The translations under genes were made by a program, and so were the position numbers. From assembly GCA_036374915.1 (NCBI GenBank), contig DASUSU010000195.1:1-35968 (forward strand): 35,968 nucleotides of DNA. Reading direction: 5' to 3'. The notes beneath the pieces were generated by a model. It was not told the DNA's origin, did no database searches, and saw only the letters and a program-made list of their open reading frames with translations. This DNA is from Acidimicrobiia bacterium (lineage in GTDB: Bacteria > Actinomycetota > Acidimicrobiia > Spongiisociales > ZC4RG35). Below, piece after piece: positions 1-8,444 of the stretch (its first letter is position 1; every line of letters begins with the position of its first letter).

Positions 1-433
1 CGATCAGCCGGTCATGCAGACCCAGACGCTCGATCAGCCGGTGCAGCGGCTCGATCGACCGGTCGGTTTTCAGGTCCACCACGAAGGACACCTCGGGGAA
101 GGCGAGCACGGCCTCTTCGAGCGCGGGCACCCGGATCCCGAGCCCGCGAAAGACGTGACCCTCCGCTCCGACGTGCCGGTAGCCGGCGTCGAGCGAGGTG
201 AGCTGATCGAAGCTGTGGTCGACGACCTTTCCCGAGCCATCGGTGGTTCGGTCCACGGTGAGATCGTGATGGCAGACCAGCACGCCATCGGAGGTGAGAT
301 GCAGGTCGGTCTCCAGATGACGAAAGCCGAGGGAGACCGCCCCGGCGAAGGCTTCCATGGTGTTCTCGGGCCACAACAGACGGCTGCCACGATGGGCGAT
401 GGCGACCGGCGGGCTCCAGCGGTGAAGACTCAT
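1..433 (-). CDS. Glycerophosphodiester phosphodiesterase (GDPD family), C-terminus cut by window edge
   Basis: Own translation of the minus strand from ATG (cat at 431-433): MSLHRWSPPVAIAHRGSRLLWPENTMEAFAGAVSLGFRHLETDLHLTSDGVLVCHHDLTVDRTTDGSG... The IAHRG, E..T and ETD motifs are typical of GDPD enzymes. Absent from the ORF track because the frame stays open to the window edge. Confidence 0.8.
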   Translation of the reverse strand, partial: MSLHRWSPPVAIAHRGSRLLWPENTMEAFAGAVSLGFRHLETDLHLTSDGVLVCHHDLTVDRTTDGSGKVVDHSFDQLTSLDAGYRHVGAEGHVFRGLGIRVPALEEAVLAFPEVSFVVDLKTDRSIEPLHRLIERLGLHDRLI

Positions 434-467
434 CGGCGGAGACTCATCGGCGGGGACTCATCTGGGG
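426..467 (-). repeat. Tandem 14-bp repeat x3 (agactcatcggcgg / agactcatcggcgg / ggactcatctgggg); each copy contains an ATGAGTC start context on the minus strand
   Basis: Read directly from the sequence. Copies lie at 426-439, 440-453 and 454-467; the third is degenerate. Confidence 0.8.
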
Positions 468-476
468 CAAAGTAAT

Positions 477-500
477 GGGCCCCGCCGAGAGACGGGGCCC
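477..500 (-). terminator. GC-rich hairpin downstream of hup, putative intrinsic terminator
   Basis: gggccccg (477-484) pairs with cggggccc (493-500) around an 8-nt loop. On the minus strand it is followed by ATTACTTTG. It sits 23 nt after the hup stop. Confidence 0.55.
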
Positions 501-522
501 GACAAATCCCGGTGAGGGCTGG

Positions 523-816
523 TTATCTGGCGACGCGGTCCTTCAGGCCCTTTGAAGCAGAGAAGTGGGCATATCTCTTCGCACCGATGGTGATGGTCGC
601 CCCGGTGGCCGGATTCCGCCCCTGACGAGCAGCGCGGTGCTTGGTGGCGAAGTTGCCGAACCCGGTGATGTTCACTTTGCGGCCGGCATCGAGCTCCACT
701 GCGATGATTCCCTCGCCATCCTTGGTGGAGAAGATGATGTCGATGATCTCCGCAGCCTTGGCTTTGGAGATGTCCGCCTTGTCGGCGAGCTTGTCCGCCA
801 TCTCGGATTTGTTCAC
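523..816 (-). CDS. hup: Nucleoid-associated DNA-binding protein HU
   Basis: VNKSEMADKLADKADISKAKAAEIIDIIFS...GFGNFATKHRAARQGRNPATGATITIGAKRYAHFSASKGLKD is the canonical HU/IHF fold sequence. GTG start at 816 is preceded by AAGGAGG with a 4-nt spacer. The longer ORF to 891 was rejected. Confidence 0.9.
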   Translation of the reverse strand: MNKSEMADKLADKADISKAKAAEIIDIIFSTKDGEGIIAVELDAGRKVNITGFGNFATKHRAARQGRNPATGATITIGAKRYAHFSASKGLKDRVAR

Positions 817-940
817 GGCCCCTCCTTGTGGGTCGACGATTGGCGCCGTCACAATTGCGACGATACCGCTTAACGATAGGCGGAAAGGCAAGAATTGCCC
901 GGCTTTCCCCCGTGATTAGCCTTTCTCCACCAGGAGGCAC

Positions 941-1720
941 ATGAGCGTCGATTATGACCTCGACGGTGACGTCGCACTCGTCACCCTCAATCGCCCGGAC
1001 CGATACAACGCGATCGATCCGTCCCTCGGCGTCGGGCTGGCCAGGGCCATGTCCCGAGCCGGCGCCGAGAGCAGGGCGGTGATCCTCACCGGCGCGGGCA
1101 AGGCCTTCTGCTCGGGAGCCGACCTGCAGCACCTGAAACCCGAGTACGAGGATGGCTCCGGCCCCGATCTCGCCGCTCTGCTCGAAGAGGTGTTCCACCC
1201 TGCCCTCGAATCGATCCTCGACTGCAAGGTGCCGGTTGTAGGTGCCATCAACGGGGTGGCGGCCGGCGCCGGGCTCGGCGTCGCCCTGGCCTGTGATCTT
1301 CGGGTGATGGCCGAGGGGGCGTACCTCACCTCGGCTTTCACCGCAATCGGGCTCGCCCCCGACTCCGGGACGACCTGGTCGCTGTCGCACCATCTCGGTG
1401 TCTCCCGTGCCCTCGAGTTGACGCTGACCAATCGGCGGGTCGGTGCCGAGGAGGCCCGCGATCTCGGCCTTTGCGTCGAGGTCGTGCCCGACCAGGATCT
1501 GCTCGAACGGGCCGGGAAGTTGGCCTCCGAGCTGGCCGATCTGGTTCCGGACGCCCTGGTCAGCACCCGACGCCTGGTCAGGGACGCGGCCGGATCGACG
1601 TTGGATCGGGCATTGCAGGCGGAGCAGCGGGAGCAAGGCCGTCTCGGCAAGACGCCCGAGCATCGCGAGGGTGTGATGGCCTTCATGGAGAAGCGAAAGC
1701 CCGACTTCCGCTCGCCCTGA
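941..1720 (+). CDS. Enoyl-CoA hydratase/isomerase (crotonase) family protein
   Basis: VALVTLNRPDRYNAID...ILTGAGKAFCSGADL...PVVGAINGVAAGAGLGVALACD are crotonase signatures. AGGAGG lies 5 nt upstream of the ATG. Confidence 0.85.
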   Translation: MSVDYDLDGDVALVTLNRPDRYNAIDPSLGVGLARAMSRAGAESRAVILTGAGKAFCSGADLQHLKPEYEDGSGPDLAALLEEVFHPALESILDCKVPVVGAINGVAAGAGLGVALACDLRVMAEGAYLTSAFTAIGLAPDSGTTWSLSHHLGVSRALELTLTNRRVGAEEARDLGLCVEVVPDQDLLERAGKLASELADLVPDALVSTRRLVRDAAGSTLDRALQAEQREQGRLGKTPEHREGVMAFMEKRKPDFRSP

Positions 1721-2353
1721 CTATGTGGACCGGCCTGTCTCCGGCGGGCCCGGGTCGGCGACGGCGTGAGAGTCGCCCGGCTCCACCCGTCTGATCCAAT
1801 CGGCGAACGACGACACCAGCCTCTCCAGCCGACGCGACGTCTCCGGGTCGCCCAGCTCGCCGTCGTCACCGAGAAGCGCTTCGACCTGGGGCACGAACAG
1901 GGTGGGATCGGACATGACGACGGCTTGCACCGAGAGCAGCATCTGCCGCAGCGAGGTCTGAGCGATCCTCGTCCCCCACGGCCCGGTCGAGGCTCCGATA
2001 ACGGCGACGGGAAGACCGGAGAGGGCCTCCTCGCGCGAGAGCCAGTCGATCATGTTCTTGACCACACCGGGGACCGATTGGTTGTACTCGGGTGTGGCGA
2101 TGAGCAGCCCGTCGGATCGCGCCAGGGCGCGGCGCAGGGCGATGACACCCGATGGGGGGTCCGCCTCCAGGTCCTCGTTGAATACCGGGACCGTCTCCAG
2201 CCCGTCGTAGACCTCGACGGTCACCCCCTCCGGAGCCAGCCTCGATGCGGCGCGGAGCATTGCCCGATTGTGCGAGTCGCGCCTCAGGCTCCCCGCTACG
2301 CCGAGGATCCGCACCGGACGATCTTCGCTCGCGGCGTCTGCACGGCTCAGCAT
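1721..2353 (-). CDS. NAD(P)H-dependent FMN reductase family oxidoreductase
   Basis: RILGVAGSLRRDSHNR...LLIATPEYNQSVPGVVKNMIDWLSR is the flavodoxin-like FMN reductase motif. Its start overlaps the stop of the upstream membrane-protein gene by 7 nt. Confidence 0.8.
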   Translation of the reverse strand: MLSRADAASEDRPVRILGVAGSLRRDSHNRAMLRAASRLAPEGVTVEVYDGLETVPVFNEDLEADPPSGVIALRRALARSDGLLIATPEYNQSVPGVVKNMIDWLSREEALSGLPVAVIGASTGPWGTRIAQTSLRQMLLSVQAVVMSDPTLFVPQVEALLGDDGELGDPETSRRLERLVSSFADWIRRVEPGDSHAVADPGPPETGRST

Positions 2354-3021
2354 GCGGCGGGCGCCTCAGACCTGGCGATGTGCAACGGCGATGGGGCCGG
2401 ACCACCATCGCTCTCGGCCGGCCGGTCCAGCGAGAAACGGTGGATGAAGTACTGGGATAGCGGCCCGATCGACCCTGCGTAGAGGAGAGTGCCCAACCCG
2501 ACCTGGCCACCGAGGGCCCACCCGGCCGCCAGCACGGCCACCTCGATCAGGGTGCGAACCGAGCGAATCGAGCGCCGGGAGCGGGCGGCGAGACCGGTCA
2601 TCAGCCCGTCCCGGGGCCCGGGGCCGAGACCGGCGCCGATGTAGAGCCCGGTGGCCACTCCGTTGGCAACGATTCCGGCACTCAGGATCAAGAGCTGTCC
2701 TGCGAGGCCTCGGACCGGGGCGAGGAGATTCAGGGCCCAATCGGCCACGATCCCGACCACGACCGCGTTGGCCAGCGTCCCGACGCCGGGACGTTGTCTC
2801 AGGGGCACCCAGAAGACCAGGACCACGACGCTGACTGCGACCACCACCGATCCGAACCGGATTCCCGTGGCCAGGGCGAGCCCCTGGTGGAGGACGTCCC
2901 AGGAGTCGACACCGAGCCCGGCCCTCACCATCAGGGCGATGCTGATCCCGTACAGGGTCAATCCGGCGCCGAGACGCCCCAGACGCCGCACGGTGACCGG
3001 GGTGTCGGTCGAGGATCTCAT
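2347..3021 (-). CDS. YczE/YitT-like multi-pass membrane protein
   Basis: About 6 hydrophobic segments (GAGLTLYGISIALMVRAGLGVDSWDVLHQGL...GPGPRDGLMTGL). ATG at 3021 is preceded by AAAGGAG with a 6-nt spacer. The longer ORF to 3216 was rejected because it runs across the marR promoter. Confidence 0.6.
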   Translation of the reverse strand: MRSSTDTPVTVRRLGRLGAGLTLYGISIALMVRAGLGVDSWDVLHQGLALATGIRFGSVVVAVSVVVLVFWVPLRQRPGVGTLANAVVVGIVADWALNLLAPVRGLAGQLLILSAGIVANGVATGLYIGAGLGPGPRDGLMTGLAARSRRSIRSVRTLIEVAVLAAGWALGGQVGLGTLLYAGSIGPLSQYFIHRFSLDRPAESDGGPAPSPLHIARSEAPAAC

Positions 3022-3036
3022 ACCCACTCCTTTACT

Positions 3037-3071
3037 TGACACATCATGTAACTGCATTACATGACACATCA
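3037..3071. promoter_or_regulatory. Putative MarR operator in an AT-rich divergent promoter region
   Basis: Perfect 8-bp inverted repeat tcatgtaa(3044-3051)-ctgca-ttacatga(3057-3064), flanked by a 10-bp direct repeat tgacacatca at 3037-3046 and 3062-3071. It overlaps candidate -35 ATGACA (3061-3066) and -10 TAGTGT (3083-3088) of marR. Confidence 0.5.
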
Positions 3072-3097
3072 ACTTTCGTGGGTAGTGTCTTATTCCA

Positions 3098-3625
3098 ATG
3101 ACTTCGAAATGGCTCGACGAGACCGAGGAACGGGCGTGGCGGGCATATCGCCGGATGTTCACTTTGCTCGAAGCCCGGCTGGGCAGAGAGCTGGCTGCGG
3201 AGACCGGTCTGTCCATGGCCGATTACACCGTGCTGTCCAACCTCGTCGAGGTGGAGGGCCGTCGCTACCGGGTCACCGCCCTCGCCGACTACGTGCAGTG
3301 GTCACAGAGCCGGCTCTCCCACCACTTGACCCGGATGGAGGAGCGGGGCCTGGTCCGGCGGGAGCAGGTGAGGGGAGACGCCCGTGGCGCCTACGTCGTG
3401 CTGACCAAGCGCGGGCTGCAGGCCATAGCCGCGGCCACCTCGGCGCACCTCTCCGGAGTGCGCAGGCACATGGTCGACCTGCTCACCCGCGAGCAACTGG
3501 AGACGCTCGGTGACATCGGCCAGATCGTCGTCGGGCACCTGATCGAGGAGTCGGAGCCCTCGACGCCTGAGACTCCCGGCGAGCCGGGCGACATCATGGC
3601 CGGGCCAGGTACACCTCGACGGTGA
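3098..3625 (+). CDS. MarR family transcriptional regulator
   Basis: Winged-helix pattern GLSMADYTVLSNL...SRLSHHLTRMEERGLVRRE...DARGAYVVLTKRG. No SD is present and the -10-like TAGTGT ends 9 nt upstream, so the mRNA may be leaderless or nearly so. Confidence 0.85.
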   Translation: MTSKWLDETEERAWRAYRRMFTLLEARLGRELAAETGLSMADYTVLSNLVEVEGRRYRVTALADYVQWSQSRLSHHLTRMEERGLVRREQVRGDARGAYVVLTKRGLQAIAAATSAHLSGVRRHMVDLLTREQLETLGDIGQIVVGHLIEESEPSTPETPGEPGDIMAGPGTPRR

Positions 3626-4001
3626 GCTTGCCGGCTTCCCCCCGCCCGAAGGCGACTCCGACCTCGTTGTTGAGCCAGGCCAGGTCCTCGTTGCCGGTTT
3701 CGAAGGTGAGCAGCTCCCTGGGCTCGGCCGATTGGTCCGGGTTCACGATGGAGACGCCGCGCCCACGGTAGGAGACACTGTCCCGCTTCTCACCGACGGT
3801 GGCGTGGATGTCGAGCTCCATGTTGCCGTCCGAACGAATCGTGACGTAGTCGACGCCGGTTACCGGACGCTCCCCTTCCCAATGCGGACCGGTGGCGGTT
3901 CCCTCGAAGGGGAAGTCGATGCGCATCCCCGATGGCGTCGCCCCGATGATCCTTCTCCCCATCTCGGCGGTAATGGTGCAGAACATCTCCAAAGACGGCA
4001 T
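3594..4001 (-). CDS. DUF3237 (UPF0311) family protein
   Basis: 135 aa with the family-typical layout: G..TPSGMRIDFPFEG...G.. then ...FETGNEDLAWLNNEVGVAFG...VEVY. High GC3. Overlaps the marR 3' end by 32 nt (convergent). Confidence 0.55.
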   Translation of the reverse strand: MPSLEMFCTITAEMGRRIIGATPSGMRIDFPFEGTATGPHWEGERPVTGVDYVTIRSDGNMELDIHATVGEKRDSVSYRGRGVSIVNPDQSAEPRELLTFETGNEDLAWLNNEVGVAFGRGEAGKLTVEVYLARP

Positions 4002-4036
4002 CGGTGTCTTCTCCTCGGGGTTGCTTGGGCCGAACG

Positions 4037-4687
4037 CTAATTGCCGCCCCGTGGTCGCCGCGACCGTTCCAGCAGATCGACGACTTCGGCATCGCTGGTC
4101 GGGGAGAAGTCGTCATACCAGGCGCCCACCGCCATGAACCTCCTCGGCTGCTCGAGCACGATGAAGCGATCGGTGGCCCTGGTCATCACCGGCGTCACGT
4201 CTGGAGGAGCGACCGGGACTGCCAGCCAGACCCCGAGGGCACCCCTGGCCCGCAACGCCTCGATGGCGGCAAGGGCGGTCGACCCGGTGGCCAACCCGTC
4301 GTCGACGACCACCACTGTGCGCCCCTTCGGATCCACCGCTGGGACGGCAGCCCGATACCGGGCAACCCGGGCCTCCAGCTCGTCTCTCTCCATCGCCGCC
4401 CTGGAAGCGAACTCCGACTCGTCTATCCCGACCCCGGACATGATCTCTTGGTTCCGGATCACCACCCCTCCCTCGGCGACGGCCCCCATGGCCAGCTCGG
4501 GATGGAAGGGCACGCCGATCTTGCGGACGACTACCACGTCGAGCTCGCAACCCAGCGCCTCGGCCACCTGGAAACCGACGGGGACCCCACCCCTGGGCAG
4601 GGCGGCGACCAGTGGCGCCTCCGGAGCCAGCGCCGCCACGGCCCGGCCGAGACGGGCGCCCGCCTCGCCACGGTCGGCAAACCTCAT
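4037..4687 (-). CDS. Type I phosphoribosyltransferase family protein (COG1926-like)
   Basis: PRPP-binding loop VVVVDDGLATGST, plus N-terminal F.DR.EAG..L and PRGGVPVG motifs. Confidence 0.75.
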   Translation of the reverse strand: MRFADRGEAGARLGRAVAALAPEAPLVAALPRGGVPVGFQVAEALGCELDVVVVRKIGVPFHPELAMGAVAEGGVVIRNQEIMSGVGIDESEFASRAAMERDELEARVARYRAAVPAVDPKGRTVVVVDDGLATGSTALAAIEALRARGALGVWLAVPVAPPDVTPVMTRATDRFIVLEQPRRFMAVGAWYDDFSPTSDAEVVDLLERSRRPRGGN

Positions 4688-4691
4688 CGGC

Positions 4692-5678
4692 TCAGCCGTA
4701 ATGGTCGACGTAGCGCTGAAGCCACGGGGTCACCTGGGCCAGGTATTCCTCGGCCTCCCCCATGGGCAACGTGCGTCCGGCGTAGTTCATCAAGATGACC
4801 TGCCGGGCGGCGTGAAAACCGTCGAGCTGTTCGTCGTCCTCTATCGGCCAGGGTGCTATCTCCTCGAACCCCTGACGGTAGGCGGCGCGAATCTCATCGC
4901 GACGGGCAGAGGCCCGGGAGGAGTAGAGGCACACCGAGACGTCCTGGCCCGGGGTGGCCAGCATCACGTCCTCGAAGTCGAAGGCGAAGAGACGGGAGCG
5001 GACCAGATGCACGTTCCATTCATGGAGATCGCCGTGTACCACATGGGGATACCCGTTGCTCCAAGCATCCTTGATCACCGCCTCCGACAGTTCGGCGGCG
5101 CGGGCCATGGTCCTGCGGCGGTAGGAGTCGAAGAGGTGATCGAACCTCGAGTCCTCGAAGATCACGGGATCGAGGTCGGAGTCGTAGTAGAACACCCGGT
5201 CCCACCGGCGCATCCCATCCGGGTTGGGCGGCTGCCAGGTTCGCCCATGTTGTTGGAGCGATGCGCTGACCCGCCCCAAAAGCCGATAACCGAAAGAGCC
5301 CGCCCCTTCGGCGAGTGGGGTCCCGGGAACCCAGCTGAACAGGACGCAAGGGCGGGTCATGTCCGAGTCGGGGTCCTTGGCCCGGACGATGAAGGTGCCG
5401 TAGCCGGTGGGGATCGGCGAGACGATCTCGAGATCGGTGTCCCGATTGAGGGCCGCCAACCAGGCGACCTCGTACTCGATGTTGGACCGTGACTTGTGCT
5501 GGGGGCTGCCCACCCGAAGCACGCACTGGAACCCGTCGGAGGTCACCACCCGGAACATGACGTTGGAGTGAGTGGCCAAATGCTCCAGCTCGCGAACCTC
5601 GAACGGGTAGTGCTCGAGCACGGTTTGTGCCAGCGGCAGGAGACGCGCAGCCTCGTGACCGATTCGATGCAAGTCCAT
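4692..5678 (-). CDS. Aminoglycoside/choline-kinase-like phosphotransferase (APH family)
   Basis: Catalytic HGDLHEWNV and FAFDFED (Brenner/DFG-like) motifs. Lies 4 nt upstream of the PRTase gene. Confidence 0.75.
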   Translation of the reverse strand: MDLHRIGHEAARLLPLAQTVLEHYPFEVRELEHLATHSNVMFRVVTSDGFQCVLRVGSPQHKSRSNIEYEVAWLAALNRDTDLEIVSPIPTGYGTFIVRAKDPDSDMTRPCVLFSWVPGTPLAEGAGSFGYRLLGRVSASLQQHGRTWQPPNPDGMRRWDRVFYYDSDLDPVIFEDSRFDHLFDSYRRRTMARAAELSEAVIKDAWSNGYPHVVHGDLHEWNVHLVRSRLFAFDFEDVMLATPGQDVSVCLYSSRASARRDEIRAAYRQGFEEIAPWPIEDDEQLDGFHAARQVILMNYAGRTLPMGEAEEYLAQVTPWLQRYVDHYG

Positions 5679-5795
5679 TCCGGTTCGGAGCCCTCCACAG
5701 ACAAAGGGAGGCGTGTGCTCCCCGGCGGTCCATTGTGGTCGATCGCGGCCAGTCTCTCCAGTGGTCTGCCGACCTATTGAGCCCGCTTCGGGTCG

Positions 5796-8375
5796 CTACC
5801 GGGGAGGCGCCGAAACGGGCTCCGCCGAGCCCGGCGCGGGCACGTCGCCACGCCCGCTGTGGTATCGGTCCCACAGCGCCAGCATCGAGGGAAGGACCAC
5901 CACCGCGGCGATGAGGGCCAGGCCTATGGCGTACACGGTCACCTGCCCCATCTGACGGAATGGGATCAGACTCGATGTGATCAGCACCCCGAAACCGGCC
6001 ATGGTGGTGAATGCGGAGCCGGCAAGGGCGCCACCGGTGTGCCGCATGGTCTCTCTCATCGCCTCGTCGGCATCCTCGTTCTCCCGGCGGTCTTCGAGGA
6101 AGCGCCGGGCGATGTGGATCGTGTAGGGCACCCCGATCCCGATGGCCAGGGCGGCGAGGGTGGCGGTCACCGGCCCGAACGGGATGCCGGTGACGAACAT
6201 CAGCCCATAAGTCCAGAGGACCACGAGCCCCACCGGAGCCATGGTGATGATCCCGAGGAACCAGCGACGGTTCTCCACCGCGAAGGTGACGACGAGAACC
6301 AGAGCAGATACCGCGATCGTGATGAACAGCGACCTGCTCTGTGATGCGGTCAACGAGTTGACCACCACGTCGCCGATCACGTTCTGCGACGTTGTGATCG
6401 CCGATCCCCCGGCGTCGCGGAACGGCTGGAAGACGTCGTCGAGGCCAACTCTCAGATCGCCCGGATCCTCACCGGCTGTGGTGGTGATGTCCCAGAGCAT
6501 CGCATCGACCCCGTCATCGCCGAGATGGATCACCCGGCCCGCCTGCTCGGGCACAGTCTCGAGCAAGGCTCGGTAGAGGGGGGTGATGTCCGCGGATTCG
6601 GAGGCCTTCAGGTCCGGCCCGATCCCCGCCTGTTGCGCCGCGGCGAACAACTCCGGGGCCGAGGCTGGATCTGCGGAGAGGGCCTGACCCAGGATTGCGA
6701 TCGGGGAAGCAGCATTGACGAACTCGCCCTGGGCGGTCTCGACCGTCGCCACTTCGTCGACGCCGGCGAGCCGGGCGTTGGAGTCGACCAGGGCGTTGTG
6801 GAGGGCCGAGTCGATCACCGTCCCATCCGGAGCCTCGACCAGGACCTGGGTGGTCTCGCCCAGACCGCCGCCGAAGTCGGCCTCGAGGATCTCCAGGGTG
6901 AGGACGTAGGGCGAGTCGGCGGGCAGGAAGTCGGTGAACGAGAATCGGGTCTCCAACTGGGTGTAGCCGTACCAGCCGAGGCCGCCGAGGACCAGGGCGA
7001 CGACAAGGGTGGGGACCGCCGCGTGCTCGGCCAGGATCGCCAGCTTCTCCATCGCCTTGGGGAGCAGCCGGTTCCCGTGCTGATTCAGGGCTGCCACCGG
7101 CAGGGACCCTCGGCTGGCTGCCCGTCGATCGGCCACTATCCGCACCGAGGGGAGGAACAACAGCATCAGGAGGAAGGCGGCGAGGATCCCCACCGCGGCC
7201 AGGATGCCGAAGTCCTTCAGGGCCGGAATCGGGCTGAACACGTTGGTGAGAAAGCCGATGACAGTGGTCAACGTCGCCAACACCAGGGCGATCCCCACCG
7301 TCTTGATCGCGGTCCCGATCGCATCGTCCACCGACAGCCCCGCCCCGATCTCCTCGCGATAGCGGGAGTTGATGTGAATCCCGTAGTCGACACCCAGGCC
7401 AATGAGGAGGATGGGCACGATCTGGGTGGGCGCGGAGAAAGCATCGATTATCCCCGCTCGCTCCAGGAGGACGCCGATCCCCTGCATCCACCCGATTGCC
7501 ATCACGATCGCCAGCAGGGTGACCGCGGTGTCGGCCAGGGTCCTCCGGGCGGCGCGTATCCATCCGAGCTGTTCCGGCTTGAGCCAGTAGACGAAGATGA
7601 GGATCACCAGGATCACCGCGAAGGCATAGGCGAACAGTTGCCCGACCTCGGCGGTGAAGTCGTCGGTCCCGGTCAGTAGGAGGGCGAAAGAGAAGGGCAG
7701 GATCTCGAGCTCGGTGTCGACGTCGGCGAGGTCCTCGGCCATTGCGGCCTCCGCATCCACCTGCGCGTTGAACGACTCGTCGGCATTCCCGGGAGGAGGG
7801 CTGATGAAGGCGAGCACCAACCCGGCCTGGGTGCTCCCCACGCCAGGGTCGAGGTCCTGGGAGGCGAGCTGGGTGAGAAACGACGCCTGCTCCGGTGGAG
7901 CGTCGAGCTCACCATCGCCGTCCAGCGACTCGACATATAGCGCCTTCACCTGCTCGTCGGTCACCTGTGCCGGATCGAGACCCTGAGCTAGCACAGCCTG
8001 CTCGACACTGCTCAGATAGTGGAAGATCCCAGGTCGCTCGGGGCGATCGGCGATCAGCTCGCCCACTTCCGATTCCCTGATCGTCTCGGCGGTGGCCATT
8101 GCCGTGCGCAGCCCTTCGGCCGTGATGACATCCCCTCCCTCGTCCCTTATCACCACCTGGAGCGCGGTCTCGGAGGTGGCATCCCCGAACAACTCGCCAA
8201 TGCGCTCGCTGGCCTCGATCTCGGGGGAGTCCGGGGCAAAGCCCTCGTTGCCGGTGGCGACCTCGACCTGCCCGGACAGATACCCGAAGATGCCGGTGAG
8301 CCCCAGTGCCACGATGATGATTGCCCATGGGGCGCGACGGGCGATGCCAGCCAGGGCGGAGGCGATGGACTTCAC
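5796..8375 (-). CDS. MMPL/RND-superfamily membrane transporter
   Basis: 859 aa with two blocks of about 6 TM helices separated by soluble domains, and MMPL-like GLGVDYGIH / GIGVPYTIH motifs. GTG start is preceded by AGGAGAA. Confidence 0.85.
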   Translation of the reverse strand: MKSIASALAGIARRAPWAIIIVALGLTGIFGYLSGQVEVATGNEGFAPDSPEIEASERIGELFGDATSETALQVVIRDEGGDVITAEGLRTAMATAETIRESEVGELIADRPERPGIFHYLSSVEQAVLAQGLDPAQVTDEQVKALYVESLDGDGELDAPPEQASFLTQLASQDLDPGVGSTQAGLVLAFISPPPGNADESFNAQVDAEAAMAEDLADVDTELEILPFSFALLLTGTDDFTAEVGQLFAYAFAVILVILIFVYWLKPEQLGWIRAARRTLADTAVTLLAIVMAIGWMQGIGVLLERAGIIDAFSAPTQIVPILLIGLGVDYGIHINSRYREEIGAGLSVDDAIGTAIKTVGIALVLATLTTVIGFLTNVFSPIPALKDFGILAAVGILAAFLLMLLFLPSVRIVADRRAASRGSLPVAALNQHGNRLLPKAMEKLAILAEHAAVPTLVVALVLGGLGWYGYTQLETRFSFTDFLPADSPYVLTLEILEADFGGGLGETTQVLVEAPDGTVIDSALHNALVDSNARLAGVDEVATVETAQGEFVNAASPIAILGQALSADPASAPELFAAAQQAGIGPDLKASESADITPLYRALLETVPEQAGRVIHLGDDGVDAMLWDITTTAGEDPGDLRVGLDDVFQPFRDAGGSAITTSQNVIGDVVVNSLTASQSRSLFITIAVSALVLVVTFAVENRRWFLGIITMAPVGLVVLWTYGLMFVTGIPFGPVTATLAALAIGIGVPYTIHIARRFLEDRRENEDADEAMRETMRHTGGALAGSAFTTMAGFGVLITSSLIPFRQMGQVTVYAIGLALIAAVVVLPSMLALWDRYHSGRGDVPAPGSAEPVSAPPR

Positions 8376-8444
8376 GGTTTCTCCTGAGAGAGATGCTGGA
8401 TTACGGCCCCAGGTTGCCGTAGCCGGGGCGACACCCCAAATCGG

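Noticed and set aside
458-1663. 401-aa minus-strand ORF spanning hup and the crotonase gene
   Set aside because: It crosses two genes with strong family signatures, one of them on the other strand, and the composition is non-protein-like.
4041-5492. 483-aa plus-strand ORF, and the 264-aa ORF at 4004-4798
   Set aside because: Antisense to the PRTase and APH genes, both of which carry clear catalytic motifs. The translations are Ser/Thr/Ala/Arg-rich junk.
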